Below are positions 48,947 to 61,079 of a stretch of 64,000 nt of DNA, one piece after another. A model generated the notes under the pieces. That model was not told the origin of the DNA. It worked only from the letters and a program-made list of their open reading frames with translations, and ran no database searches. The DNA is from an uncultured bacterium (lineage in GTDB: Bacteria; UBP14; UBA6098; B30-G16). Made by a program: the position numbers and the translations under genes. How positions within the stretch are numbered: position 1 is the stretch's first letter; each line of letters begins with the position of its first letter. The stretch covers positions 32,566 through 96,565 of the forward strand of contig CBEVQY010000004.1 in the NCBI GenBank assembly GCA_965552135.1, in the 5' to 3' direction.

Positions 48947-51900
48947 ATGAGGAAGTGGTGGTTTGTTTTTCCGTTTTTGTTTTCGGTTGTCTTTGGACTT
49001 CCGCCGGGACCTTCGGCTGAAATGCTTATACCCCCTCCCACCGAGCCGTGGGGAGGGTGTTCCCTTCAGGTGGTTAAGATCTGCATAGTCGACTCGACCG
49101 ACGACGTCGACACCACGACGATACAGCTCAGGGTAAACGGCGTTTTGTACACCTGGCCCGATCCCCACCTTGAGTGGGTGGACGATTCTATCTTGGTTTT
49201 CACCCCGACCACCGCTTTCTCCAACGGCGAGACTGTGGATGTGGTTTTGGAGCAGGCGAGCGACGACGACGGCTACCCGCTTCAGGGTGCTCCCGTAAGC
49301 TGGCAGTTTTATATGGACTTTGATTTCCCGTTCTTCCTGCCCGAGACGAGGTATCCTCCGCCTGGGACGACCGTTTGCGCCGATGTTGGCAGCATCGCGG
49401 TGACGGTTATGGACACCACCTCGGGCATCCCATACGACGGGCTTTGTATGTGTTTCAACACATCCGCCTCGGGCTTCAGCTGTCCGTCCAACAGGTCGTC
49501 GGGGTGGTGTTGGGAGCCCGGCACCGACACGACGACCGGTTACGCCGACTCAAGCTTTTTCGTCCTGTGGGATGCGCTTGGCTTTGCCGATGAGGATTCG
49601 ATCCAGGCTTGCCTTGCGAAGGCTATCGACAGGGTGGGCACAAAGCCCGACTACGCCGCCGACGTCTGCGGACCGCACTGGTTCGACACAACCGACGTGC
49701 AGCAGTGCTGGACGTTCGTGAAGGACTGCATCCGTCCCAGGGTCTACCTCATCTTCCCCGACGACGGCGATACGACGGCTTGCGACTCCATAGTGGTGGG
49801 GTTTGTCGACATCTCGGGGGTCGATACGACGTATGTGCAGATATCGGTCACAGGTGGGATGGCATTTATACACACTTCGCCCTACTTCAACGCCTCGCCC
49901 GACGGCGACACGGCTTACTACATCGCGCCCTTGCCCGAGGGCAACGTCACCGCGAGGATTCTGCGCACCAGGGACATGGCGGGGAACACTACGGGTCCGT
50001 CCTTTCCCGTGTGGGGTTTTTACGTTGACAAGTCGCCGCCTGAGGTTTCGTCGCCTCTGCCGCCCGACGGCGGCGTTGTGTCGACCTCAACGCCCAACAT
50101 GTCCGCGGCGATAGCCGACGCGTACACCTCCGTCGACCCGAACTCCATCGTGTTCACCGTCGAGGGAATAAGCTATCCGTATTCTTCGCCAGCGGTGAGC
50201 TGGGACGGCAGCAGGGCGAGCTTTTCGTGCTCCGCGGCTGGATTGTCGTTCTCCGACGGCGATACTGTCGATGTTTGCATAAGCGCGGTCTGCGATGTCG
50301 TACCTGCCGGCAGATGCGGACCAAACTGCATAGACACCCCGTTTTGCTGGAGCTTCGTCGTCGACCAGGGGGGACCCTCTGCCGAGCTTGTGATGCCGCC
50401 CGACGGAGCGTACACCGCATGCCCCGACCAGGAGATCATAATCCACCTCTGGGACCTAAGCGGCGTCGATTCGCTTTCGGTGGTGATGACCGTGGAGGGC
50501 GTGACGTACGACTCGATGGAGAACATGACCTACCGCAACGATACCCTCGTCTTCTCGCCTCCTGCGCCCTTTGCGGACGGTCAGGAGGTGAGCTGGACGC
50601 TTGATGATGCCGCCGACATTTTGGGCAACCACATCGATTCGACCCTCTCCGGGCACTTCTACGTTGACCTTTCGCCCCCCTCCGTCGTTGCGATAGACCC
50701 GCCCAGGTGGACGCGGTTCGGTCCTTCGCTTTTGGTGGTTGAGTGGACGCTTTTGGACGGGGGTGCGGGCGTCGACCCTGCGACCGCTGTCGTCACCGTC
50801 CAGGGGCATAGCTACCCCTACCCGTCGGGGTTCTCGTGGGATGGGTCGCACCTCACCTTCGACCTTACCGCGACGGGGCTTTCCTTCTCCGACGGCGAGA
50901 CCGTTGCCGTCTGCCTCCACGTGGGAGATGCGATCCCGCCCGAGCTCTGCGGTCCCAACTACAGCGATACCTGCACCTACTTTATTGCTGATCTTGCCGG
51001 ACCTGTGGCGGATATGGTTTATCCGCCCCATGGTGCTGTGACGGCGTGCGCGGACGGTGAGATAAGGATAGTGACCTTTGATCTCTCGGGTGTTGACCAC
51101 TCCTCCCTTTCGCTTTCGGTGAACGGCGCTTTTTACGGCACTGGCTCGCCCGAGGTCTCGTGGGCGCTTGATACCATCGTCTTTTCGCCATCAACGCCCT
51201 TTGCCCACGGGGATACCGTTTCGGTCGAGCTTTTGGCGCTTTCCGACACACTCGGCAACGGCTTGGCAGCGCCGTACCTCTGGTGGTTCGTCGTCGACAC
51301 GGAGGCACCCGTCCTTACGGGCTATTCCCCGCCCCACGACGGCGAGGTATCGAGCACCGCGCCCGTTGTGAGGATGTGGCTGGAGGACGAGCCCGCCGGC
51401 GTCGACACAACGAGTGTGGTCATAAGGATCGAGGGGACGGAGTACCACATAGGCGACCCCGGGTGCAGCTGGTCGGGTGGTCAGGTCGTTTTCGATTGCT
51501 CCGCCGCTGGGCTCTCCTTCTCCGACGGCGACACCGTCGATGTGTGCTTCGTAGCTGCAGCCGACCTCGTTGCCGAAAGCCTCTGCGGACCCAACTCCAC
51601 TAACCCGGATTCGTGCTGGTTCTTCAGGATAGATCTCTCGGGACCCTCGGCGGATCTACTTCTGCCGCTTGATGGCTCGTATACCTCGTGCCCGAACCAG
51701 GAGGTCTGGGTTTACATCTACGACGACCAGGGGATATTGCCCGAAAGCACCGCCATCCGCGTAGGCGACGACACCCTTTGGGCATACGCCGGGGACATAA
51801 CCGTTCGCAACGACACCGCCTTCTACACCCCCGCAACGCCTTTCTCCGACGGTGAGGTCGTCGTCGTTCAGGTTGTTCACGCCACCGACTCGCTGGGCAA

Positions 51901-54900
51901 CACCACGACGGGCGGGGATATCTGGAGCTTTACCGTCGATCTTTCCCCACCGGTTTGGTACAACACCGACCCGCCGCCGGGAAGCTTTATATCTGATCCG
52001 GCGCCTTTGGTTTCGCTTTGGTTTGTCGATTCGGTTTCGGGCGTCGACCCGACGACCTTTGCGATAACGGTTGAGGGGACACCTTACGTCGGCATGCTGC
52101 CCGGCGTTTTGTGGATCGACCCGCAGTTCCAGATCGATTTTGGGATGCTTGGCTACACGTACTCCGACGGTGACACCGTTGACTTCTGCTTCAACCAGAT
52201 AGGTGATCTTTCCGGCTACTGCGGGGCGAACTTCATCTCCCCCGACAGCTGCTGGCGGTACTTCGTGGACCTCTCCGGACCCACGGCTTCGATGGTTTAT
52301 CCCCCCCAGGGGGCTTTCTTCGCCTGCGAGGAGGGGACGATAAAGGTGGTCCTTTCCGACAACTTCGGCGTTGCGGATTCCACCGTGAGGCTTTCGGTCG
52401 ACGGGGTCGTCTACTCGCCCGATGATCCGGAGCTTTGGGTTTCGGGCGATACGGTGTACTTTGCGCCTCCGTGGGGTTTCAGCGACGGCGACACCGTCGA
52501 TGTCGAGGTCGTTTCGGCGCAGGACCTTGCCGGCAACGACATCTCCTCCGACGGTCCTTGGTGGTTCGTTGTTGACTTAAGCGGTCCCGTTGTGGTCGAT
52601 GTTTCTCCGCCGTACGGCGCCGGTTATTTCCGACCCTGCGCCTGTGATTTCGGCGGTCGTGGTCGACTCCGGCGCCGGCGTCGACAGTTCGGCTGTGTTC
52701 GTTTGGGTGGGCGACACGCTCGTTGGCGCGGGCGTGGAGTTTGATCCGTCAACCGGAACGATCACGTTCGATGCCGCGGCGGCGGGGCTATCCTTTGAGT
52801 CGGGCGAAACGCTTGCGATATGCTTTGCGGCAAACGACTCCGTACCAGCTCAGTTCTGCGGTCCAAACGAGGGGGATTCGGTTTGCGTAAGCTATGTGTT
52901 CGACCTCGCAGGACCCACGGCGGAGGTCGTCGAGCCCGCGCCGGCAAGCTTTTCCGCGTGCCACGACCAGAACATACTGATACGCCTCACGGATGACCTC
53001 GGCGTATCCCGAAGCTCTATTCACCTCAGGGTGAACGGTGTCGAATACACACTCTCCGACTCGAACCTGTCGTACGTTGGGGATACGCTTTTGGTCTTCT
53101 ATCCCCCCGGCGCTTTGCCGGAGGGAGAGATCAACGTGGTTCTTTGGGGCGTTGTGGACGGTGCGGGCAACCCGATGGCGGGGGATTCCCTTGCCTTCTC
53201 CTTCTTCACCGACTACTCGCCGCCTTATGTTGTGTCGGTTTCTCCGTCGGGCGGTTCTGTTGTTTCCGACACGGCGCCGAGCATATCGATAGGTCTTTCC
53301 GACGACGGCAGCGGCGTTGCTGACTCATCCATCGTTGTGAGCCTAAACGGCGTTGGTTTGACCCTGGCGGACGGCTGCGTCGCTTGGGACGGCTCTGTGG
53401 TGACAGTCGAACCTTCGGGTTGCGGCATAGCCTTCTCCGACGGCGACACCGTGGAGGTCTGCGTTCGCGCCGCCGACAAGCCCGACTACTGCCCGCCAAA
53501 CTCCATGCCCGACACGTGCTGGCTGCTGTATATATCCTCCTCAGGTCCCGTTGTGCAGATCGTGCTTCCGCTCGACGGCTGGGTGACCGCGTGCGCTGAT
53601 CAGGAGATCCTGCTTGCCATCACCGACGGCAACGGCGTTGATCCGGGCTCGATCCAGCTTTCGGTCGACGGCGTCGTCTACACCACAGGCGACGCAGAGC
53701 TTGTATATCACGACGATACCCTGAGGTTCTCGCCCTCCTCCCCCTGGTCGGACGGCGACACAGTCGACGTTGTCCTGCTTTCGGCGGACGACGTTTTGGG
53801 CACCCCCAGTCCCGACCTGCCGCTTTCGTGGAGCTTTGTTGTCGACCTTTCGCCGCCTTATGTCGTTTCCGTCGAGCCGCCGCCCACAGCCGGGTTCTCC
53901 GTCCCCGATACTACGATCAAAGTCATTCTGCGCGACGAGCTTGCGGGCGTAAACCCGTTCAGCATAAACCTCCAGCTTGGGTCGCACGCCTACCCTTACC
54001 CCTCGGGCGATATGGACTATTATGCGGATACGCTTTCGTTTTCCCTTTCGGGGATGGGCTACACCCCCTTAGACGGCGAGAGCCTGCTTGTTTGCGTTTG
54101 GGCGTCGGATGCGCCTCAGCTTTGCGCCCCCAACACGATGGACCCCTACTGTTTCAGATATTACTTCGACTACCGCGGTCCGCAGGTGAATCTGTTTTTC
54201 CCGCCCGAGTCGCTTTACGTGAGCTGCTGGGATACGACGATCATCTGGACGGTTTGGGATCCCGCTGGTGTCGATAGTGCGAGCATCGAGGTTGGCGTTG
54301 GCGGCGGAACGTGTGACCTTACATCTCCCCTGCTGCGCTTCGAGGAGCCGTATCTTGTCTTCCGGTCCGACACGGGCTACGTTGAGGGCGAGTTGTTCGA
54401 GGTTGAGGTTTTAAGCGTAAGCGATGGCGTTGGCAACGTGGAGGGTCCTTTTGCTTGGTGGGTTGGTTTCGACACGACCGCGCCGCAGATAAGTGATCCC
54501 TACCCTCCCGACGGGGGCGTTTGCACGACGCCTTCGCCTGTGCTTTCGGTCGCGATAACCGACAACGCTGCGGGCGTGTTCCCGGCCTATGCGGTTATGG
54601 TCGTAGACGGCGCCGAAAGCCTTGCGTACTATGAGGGCGAGCTTTCCTGGGATGGCAGCAGGCTTTCGGCAGACCTTGCCGCTTTGGGGGTGGCGCTTTC
54701 GGGCGGCGATACGGTAGAGGTGTGCGTCTTCGACGTTTTCGACTCTACCGCCGCCTGCGCGCCAAACCGAGCCGATGATTTCTGCTGGTCCTTCCGGGTC
54801 GACGTCGGTGGTCCGGTCGCCGAGCTTGTGACGCCGCCAAATGGCGTTGTGACCTCGTGCGCCCAGGAAACCATCGTGATCACCTTCCACGACGAGGAGG

Positions 54901-57900
54901 GCGTCGACTGGACCCTCACGCGCATCATGGTCGACGGGACGGAATACTGGGCCACGTCGCCGCAGGTAACCCTCATCGACGACTCGACACTCTCGTTTGT
55001 GCCCTCGGCGCCGTTCCCGGATGGTGATACCGTGGAGTTCTATGTCGTTCAGTCGTCCGACACGTTGGGGCATATCGTGACCTCCTACCCCCACTGGAGC
55101 TTTGTGGTTGATGTTTCGCCCCCACGCGTAGTTTGGGTGAGCGCTCCTGAGGGCGGTGCGCTCCCGCTTGTGTGGCGCTGCGCCCTCATCGACTCCGTTG
55201 CGGGTGTCGATACCGCAAGCGTCGTCGTCAGCGTCGACGGGATGCCCGCGCCCATAAGCTTCTCCGGCGACACCGTCATCGCCGACCTTACGGGCTTTGC
55301 CTTCTCCGACGGCGAGACGGTGATGGTTTGCGTTTCCGCCGCGGACCTCGTGAACTGGTGCCCGCCCAACGAAATGGAGCGTTGCTTCGACTACTTTGTT
55401 GATCTTGCGCCACCTCGGGCTTTGCTTCTGTGGCCCCCGGTTGGTGCAACAAGCGCGTGCAGTGATCAGAGAGTGGCGTGGCTTCTCTCCGATGCGGCGG
55501 GGGTTGACGAGGGCACGATATCGCTCGAGTTTGAGGGCGAGACTCTGGGCGTTTCTGATCCGCGCGTGAGCTTTGAGGGCGATACCCTCATCTTTACCCC
55601 TGGCGCCCTCAGTGACGGCGACACGGTGCGGGTCGTCCTGCTTAGCGCCGCCGATGAGGTGGGCAACGAGGCGTTCTTCGGCGATGTCGCCTGGTTCGTC
55701 GTCGACCTCTCGCCGCCTTACCTCGGCGCAACCACGCCGACCGATGGTGCGGTCGTCTCCGACCCCGAGCCTGTGATCATGCTCGAACTTGTAGATGATA
55801 TCTCGGGGGTCGACGGGGGAAGCATCGTGGCGACCTTAAACGGCGACACCGTTTCTTTCTACTGGGACGGCTCTGCTGTGCGGATCTTCTGCGACTCCCT
55901 TGGCATATCCTTCGCCGATGGCGAGACCGTGACGGTCTGCGTCTCCGCTTGGGATTCGCCTGACCTTTGTCCGCCGAACGTGATGCCCGAAACCTGTATA
56001 ACGTTCTACGTGAGTTTGTCGGGTCCTGCGGTTCGTGTGATCCTGCCCCTGCCGGAAAGCTTTGTGGCGTGTGGTGAGGGCGAACAATTTGTCGCCCTCA
56101 CGATAACTGATCCCGACGGCGTCGATGAGGGCAGTATCGAGTTCGTCGTGGACGGCGACACCCTCACTCTGGGCTCAGCCGCCCTCGATTTCGTCTCGGA
56201 TACCCTCATCTACACCCCCGCTGTTCCCTGGTCGGACGGGGATACGGTGAGCTGCGCCCTCATTGCAGTGAGCGACCTTCTCGGGAACGGCTTGGCTGCG
56301 CCTGTGGAGTGGAGCTTTTTCGTCGACCTTTCGCCGCCGCGGTTCCTCACGCCCGACCCGCCTCACGGAAGCACGGTGTCGGATCTCTCCGGTGGCATCT
56401 CGGTGGATGTTGTGGACGATCTTAGCGGTGTTTGCGATTCGTCGCTTGTGCTGTGGCTCTCCAGCGGCGATACGTTCGACCTGACGTCCGGGCTTGTGTG
56501 GGACGGCGTGAGGGCGCTCGTTCCCGACTCGCTTTTGCCCGCCTTGGGCGGTTCTGTTGAGGTCTGCGTTTCCGCCGCTGATCTGCCCGACTACTGCGAA
56601 GCCAACTCCGACACTTTCTGCTGGTCGTTTGTCGTTGCGGGCGAGGGTCCCGCGGCTGCTGCGGTAAGCCCGCTTCCCGGGCAGATCATCTCCTGCCGCG
56701 CCGATGAGCAGAGGCTTGTGCTCTACCTCCACGACCCCGACGGCGTCGATGAGGGCAGCATCGAGCTTCTGGTTGGTGGTGCGCCGGTCGCCTTCGCTTA
56801 TTCTGCGGACACCCTGGTTCATATTCCCGCGTCGCCGTGGGGTGATGGCGACACCGTTTTCGTGACGCTTACCGCCGCCGACGTTTACGGCAACGCGATG
56901 TCGTCGCCGCTTGAGTTCTGGTTTGTCGTGGACACGATGCCTCCGGTTGCTTTCGGCGAGGAGCCGCCTTCGGGGGCGACCGCAGGCTCGCCGTCGCCCG
57001 TGGTCTCCGTCGTCATCGTCGACTCCATCGCCGGCGTCGACACGGCTTCGATCGCCCTCGTGGTGAACGGAGACACCCTCACTCTCGATTCCACCGGCGT
57101 CTCGTATGAGGGCGACACCCTCATTCTCGATTGCTCCGCCGCTGGCATTTCCTTCGAGCTCGGCGAGACGGTCTACGTGTGCGTGGTTGCCTCTGACCTG
57201 GCGCAGCTTTGCGGCGAAAACGAAATGCCGCCGTTGTGCTGGTGGTTCACCGTTCCCAGCTGCCTTGTTGCTGCTGCGCTCTTCCCGCCCGCTGGGGTAG
57301 TTACGTCCTGCGCCGACCAGGGCGTCGATTTCGTCGTTGAGGGCGCCGCCATCGATTCCGCCATCATCTTGGTATCCGGCGATACCGCATCGCCCTCAGA
57401 GGTGATTCTGCACGGGGATACGATTTCGTTCCGTCCGTTGGCGCCCTTCGCAAGTGGTGAGAGCGTTTCGGTGGTTCTCGCCTTCGCCGCCGATACGGCT
57501 GGCTTGCCGATCTGCGGCGCAGTTGCGGTGGATTTCGTCGTCGACCTTGCGCCCCCCGTGGCTGAGGTCGTTGCGCCCGCGCCGGGCAGCACGATCCCGT
57601 CGCCTGCGCCGATCGTATCGGTGTGGCTTTTCGACTCCATCGCCGGCGTCGACACGGCTTCGATCGCCCTCGTGGTGAACGGTGACACCCTCACACTCGA
57701 CTCTGTCGGCGTCTCGTATGAGGGCGACACCCTCACACTCGACTGCTCCGTTGCGGGGATATCGTTTTCGTCGGGTGAGGTGGTTTCGGTGTGTGTGCTT
57801 GCGGCGGACGCGGCGCAGATCTGCCCGCCCAATGAGATGTCCCCTCTGTGCTGGAGCTTCACCGTCTCATTTGAAGGACCTGTGGCGGAGCTTCTCTTCC

Positions 57901-60344
57901 CGTTTGTGGGGGCTTATGTTGCGTGCGAGGACACGGCGCTTCGCATACTCCTTTCCGATCCCGATGGGGTTGATGAGGGCAGCATCGTCCTTGACGTTGG
58001 GGGCGTGCCCTACACTTTGGACTCTGCCGCCCTCAACTATGAGGGCGATACACTGCACTTCGCCCTCACTGCATTCGGCGACGGCGACACCGTGTCGTTT
58101 ACGCTCCTGAGCGCTTCGGACCTTTTGGGGAATCCGCTTTCCGCGCCGCTTTCGGGTTGGTTCATCCTCGATTTCGCGCCGCCTGCGATCCTTTCGTGGG
58201 GACCTTCGTCTGTGGTTGGTCCGTCGCCGCTTCTGTGGTTCGTCGTCGTCGACTCCGGCGCGGGGCTGGATCTGTCGGCGCTGGCTGTGGGAACGGATGC
58301 GCTCTGGCTCGACACAACCTCCTCCGCTGTCTGGCTTGAGGGCGACACCCTCTTTTTCGACTGCGCTGCTGCAGGCGTTGCCTTCGACGTGGGTGATACC
58401 ACAGTTTGCCTGCACGCCGAGGATATCCCCGACTTCTGCCCGCCCAACGTCTTGGACACGTGCGTTGTGCTCGAGGTTTTGCCGGGCGGCGGTGGACCGA
58501 CCGCGGAGCTTGTCTCGCCGCCCGATGGCGCCACGATCTCGTGCGACGGCGGGATGATAGAGTTCGTCCTTGAGGACCCCGACGGGCTTTTGACCGATTC
58601 GCTTGGGGTAGCCTTCGGCGATACGTTGAGGCTCGTGTGGTCCGATGCGCCCCCGGGGCTTGATGTCTCCGGCGATACGGTTCGGTTCAACCTGCCCGGT
58701 GCGTTCGAAAGCGGCGATACTGTGCGTTTCTCGCCGCTTGGGTGCGATGTCTACTTTAATCCTGTTGCGCCGTATTCGTGGAGCTTCGTCGTCGACCTCG
58801 AGCCGCCCTCATCCGAATTCCTGGCGCCTGCTTCACCCTCATTCGATTCCCTCGCCCCCGTGGTGATGAGGGTTTGGGACGAGATTGCGGGCGTTTGCGT
58901 TGATTCGTTGCGGGTGGGCGTTGAGACTCCGCGCTTTGTGCGCTTTTTGGGCGTCGATTCCGCCGGCGTTTATTGGGACGGCGAGACGCTTTCGGTCGTT
59001 CCCGACGAGGTCAACGGCGGCGCGCCCTGGACGCCTGAGGACGACTCGACCCTGCTTTTCTTCCACGAGCGCGAGACGGTTTTCGTGTATCTTTCCGCCT
59101 GCGACGGCGCCGAGCTCTGCGGTGCCAACTGCGCCGTCGACACATTCGCCTTCTGGACCGCCGACGACGACACCATGCCGCCTCGGGCATCGGTTGAGGT
59201 TTTCGAGTTCGCCGCGGGCGAAACGGTGGATGTGTCCATTCCCGTCTTCGACGAGTCGGGTCTTGGCGACTGCTGCTGGGCTGTAGCAGGCGGCGAAACG
59301 ATATCGGTGAGCGTTTTGGGTTCGGGCGACAGCTTCATCGTTTCCTTCGGTGGGTTTGTGGCGCCGCGCGTTGGCGAAACGCTTTGGGTTGAGCTGCACC
59401 TGTGCGACGCTGACTTCGACTTCAACGACACCGCCGACGTGGCGGAGACAACCTACGCGATTCCCATCGTCTCTGTTTCGGGTGAGGGTCCTTCGGTTGT
59501 CTTCGTCTTCCCGCAGGACGGCGACTACACCTCTTGCGCCGATGGTCCCGTCGTAGCGTTGCTTTCCGACCCCGATGGTGTCGATACTGCGGGGGTCGTT
59601 TTCGTCGCGGCGGGGGAGACGCTGCGGGTTGAGTGGCGTGGCGACAGCGCCTACCTCTCGCCTCCCGAGGGCTGGGCGGACGGCGAAACGGTGACCGTCG
59701 TCCTTGCGCACGCAGCCGATGCGCTCGGTAATCCCGCGCAGCCCGAGTCGGTGAGCTTCGTCGTAGATCTCTTGCCGCCGAATCTCGCGCTTGTCTCCCC
59801 GCCCCAGGGGATCGTGGACCCAAGCGATGTGATTCGCTTCGCCGCAAGCGATGAGCTTTCGGGCGTCGGCTCGGTGATCGCGATATCGGGCGGGGATACC
59901 TTTGCCCTCGATGTGGGCGAGCCATCGGTAGCCGTCGGCGAGCTCGGCGAGCCCGGCGAGACCCTTTGGGTTTCGGTGATCGCGTGCGACAGGGCGCTCT
60001 ACTGCGGCGCGAACTGCGCATTGGATTCGTTCTGGTTCGTTGCGGCGCCGCAGACGCCGTGCGATGCATACCCGATACCGTTCACACCCAACGGCGACGG
60101 CGTAAACGACCGCGTGTACTTCGACTTCCCCGAGATGGCGAAATTCGGCGCGACCGTGACCATCCTGACGCCCGAGGGCGCCGTGGTGAGGACCCTCGAG
60201 CTTCCCGCGGCGCTTCCCGAAACACGAGCCTTCTGGGACGGCACGCGCGACGACGGAACACCAGCACCGCAGGGAATCTACGTCTACATCGTGTCGCGCG
60301 GGGGAGAGGTCCTGTGCAAGGGCACGATAGCGCTTGTGAGGTAG
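48947..60344 (+). CDS. Giant (~3,800 aa if joined) Cys-containing Ig-like repeat surface protein with type B/CHU-like CTD; split by 1-nt frameshift near 52620
   Basis: ORFs 48929-52744 and 52590-60344 share the same repeats; SPPYGA continues as VISDPAP if one base is removed; C-terminal PFTPNGDGVND...WDG...GIYVY. Confidence 0.85.
57019..57760 (+). repeat. Near-identical internal duplication 612 nt apart
   Basis: 52-nt exact match starting 57019 and 57631, with high similarity continuing ~80 nt further. Confidence 0.85.
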
Positions 60345-60490
60345 GGGGTTGTGCCTGCGGTGCTCCTCGGTCGGTGAGGCGCTGCTTCCCCAACGGCGGC
60401 GGGCGCAAAGCCAAACTCCGTTAAGTCAACTTTGTCGGGCGAGGTTGCCTTCGGCGGCTTGCTCGCCGGCAGTCGAAGCCTTCGGCGGGC

Positions 60491-60766
60491 TCACTTCCAG
60501 GCGACGTCAGCGAAGCGCTCGTCATAGCGGAGATCGCGGTTTATGAGGTCGTCGACGGTTATCTCCGTCCCCAGCGCCTTCGAGTAGAACGCCGCTATCT
60601 TGCGGAGCTCCCCTAGGACGGGCTCGCCGTCCCGCTCCCACCGCTGGAGTTTAAGCGCTGGGATCCCCGAGATGGTGGCGAGGTAGTCGAAGTCGAGGTT
60701 TCTGCCCCGCTTCTTGCAGAGCGCCTTGCGCAGAATGCGCAGGTTCCTGTTGAAGTAAGCTGCCAT
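60491..60766 (-). CDS. Small XRE-like helix-turn-helix protein
   Basis: NLRILRK...LATISGI....QRWER.GEP....LRKIA; start overlaps eutN stop. Confidence 0.65.
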   Translation of the reverse strand: MAAYFNRNLRILRKALCKKRGRNLDFDYLATISGIPALKLQRWERDGEPVLGELRKIAAFYSKALGTEITVDDLINRDLRYDERFADVAWK

Positions 60767-61041
60767 TACTCCTCGATCTCCCAGCCGTCGACTATCGCCA
60801 CGATAAACGACCTGACGGGTGCTTTCTTGTCGCCTATCAGGTCTCTTGCCGCGCTGCCCTCCTGCGACACGAGGACAATGTCGCCGACGCCGGCGTCGAC
60901 GAAGTCGATGGCGACGAACGCCTGACTGTACTCGCTTCGCGAAACCGGATGGATAGGCTTCACCACGAAAAGCTTCTGCCCGCGATACGCCTCGTGCTTA
61001 ACTGTCGACACCACGGGCGACTTTACGACGGCGATGAGCAT
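60766..61041 (-). CDS. EutN/CcmL bacterial microcompartment vertex protein
   Basis: VVSTVKH...G.KL, VAIDFVDAGVGDIVLV..EGSAAR, IVAIVD. Confidence 0.9.
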   Translation of the reverse strand: MLIAVVKSPVVSTVKHEAYRGQKLFVVKPIHPVSRSEYSQAFVAIDFVDAGVGDIVLVSQEGSAARDLIGDKKAPVRSFIVAIVDGWEIEE

Positions 61042-61079
61042 AAAAAACTTATAAGGCTTTCCGGGGCTTTGGTCAAGCG

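Noticed and set aside
57019..57760. Diversity-generating retroelement TR/VR pair
   Set aside because: Differences are not adenine-specific, both copies are in-frame modules and no reverse transcriptase is in the window
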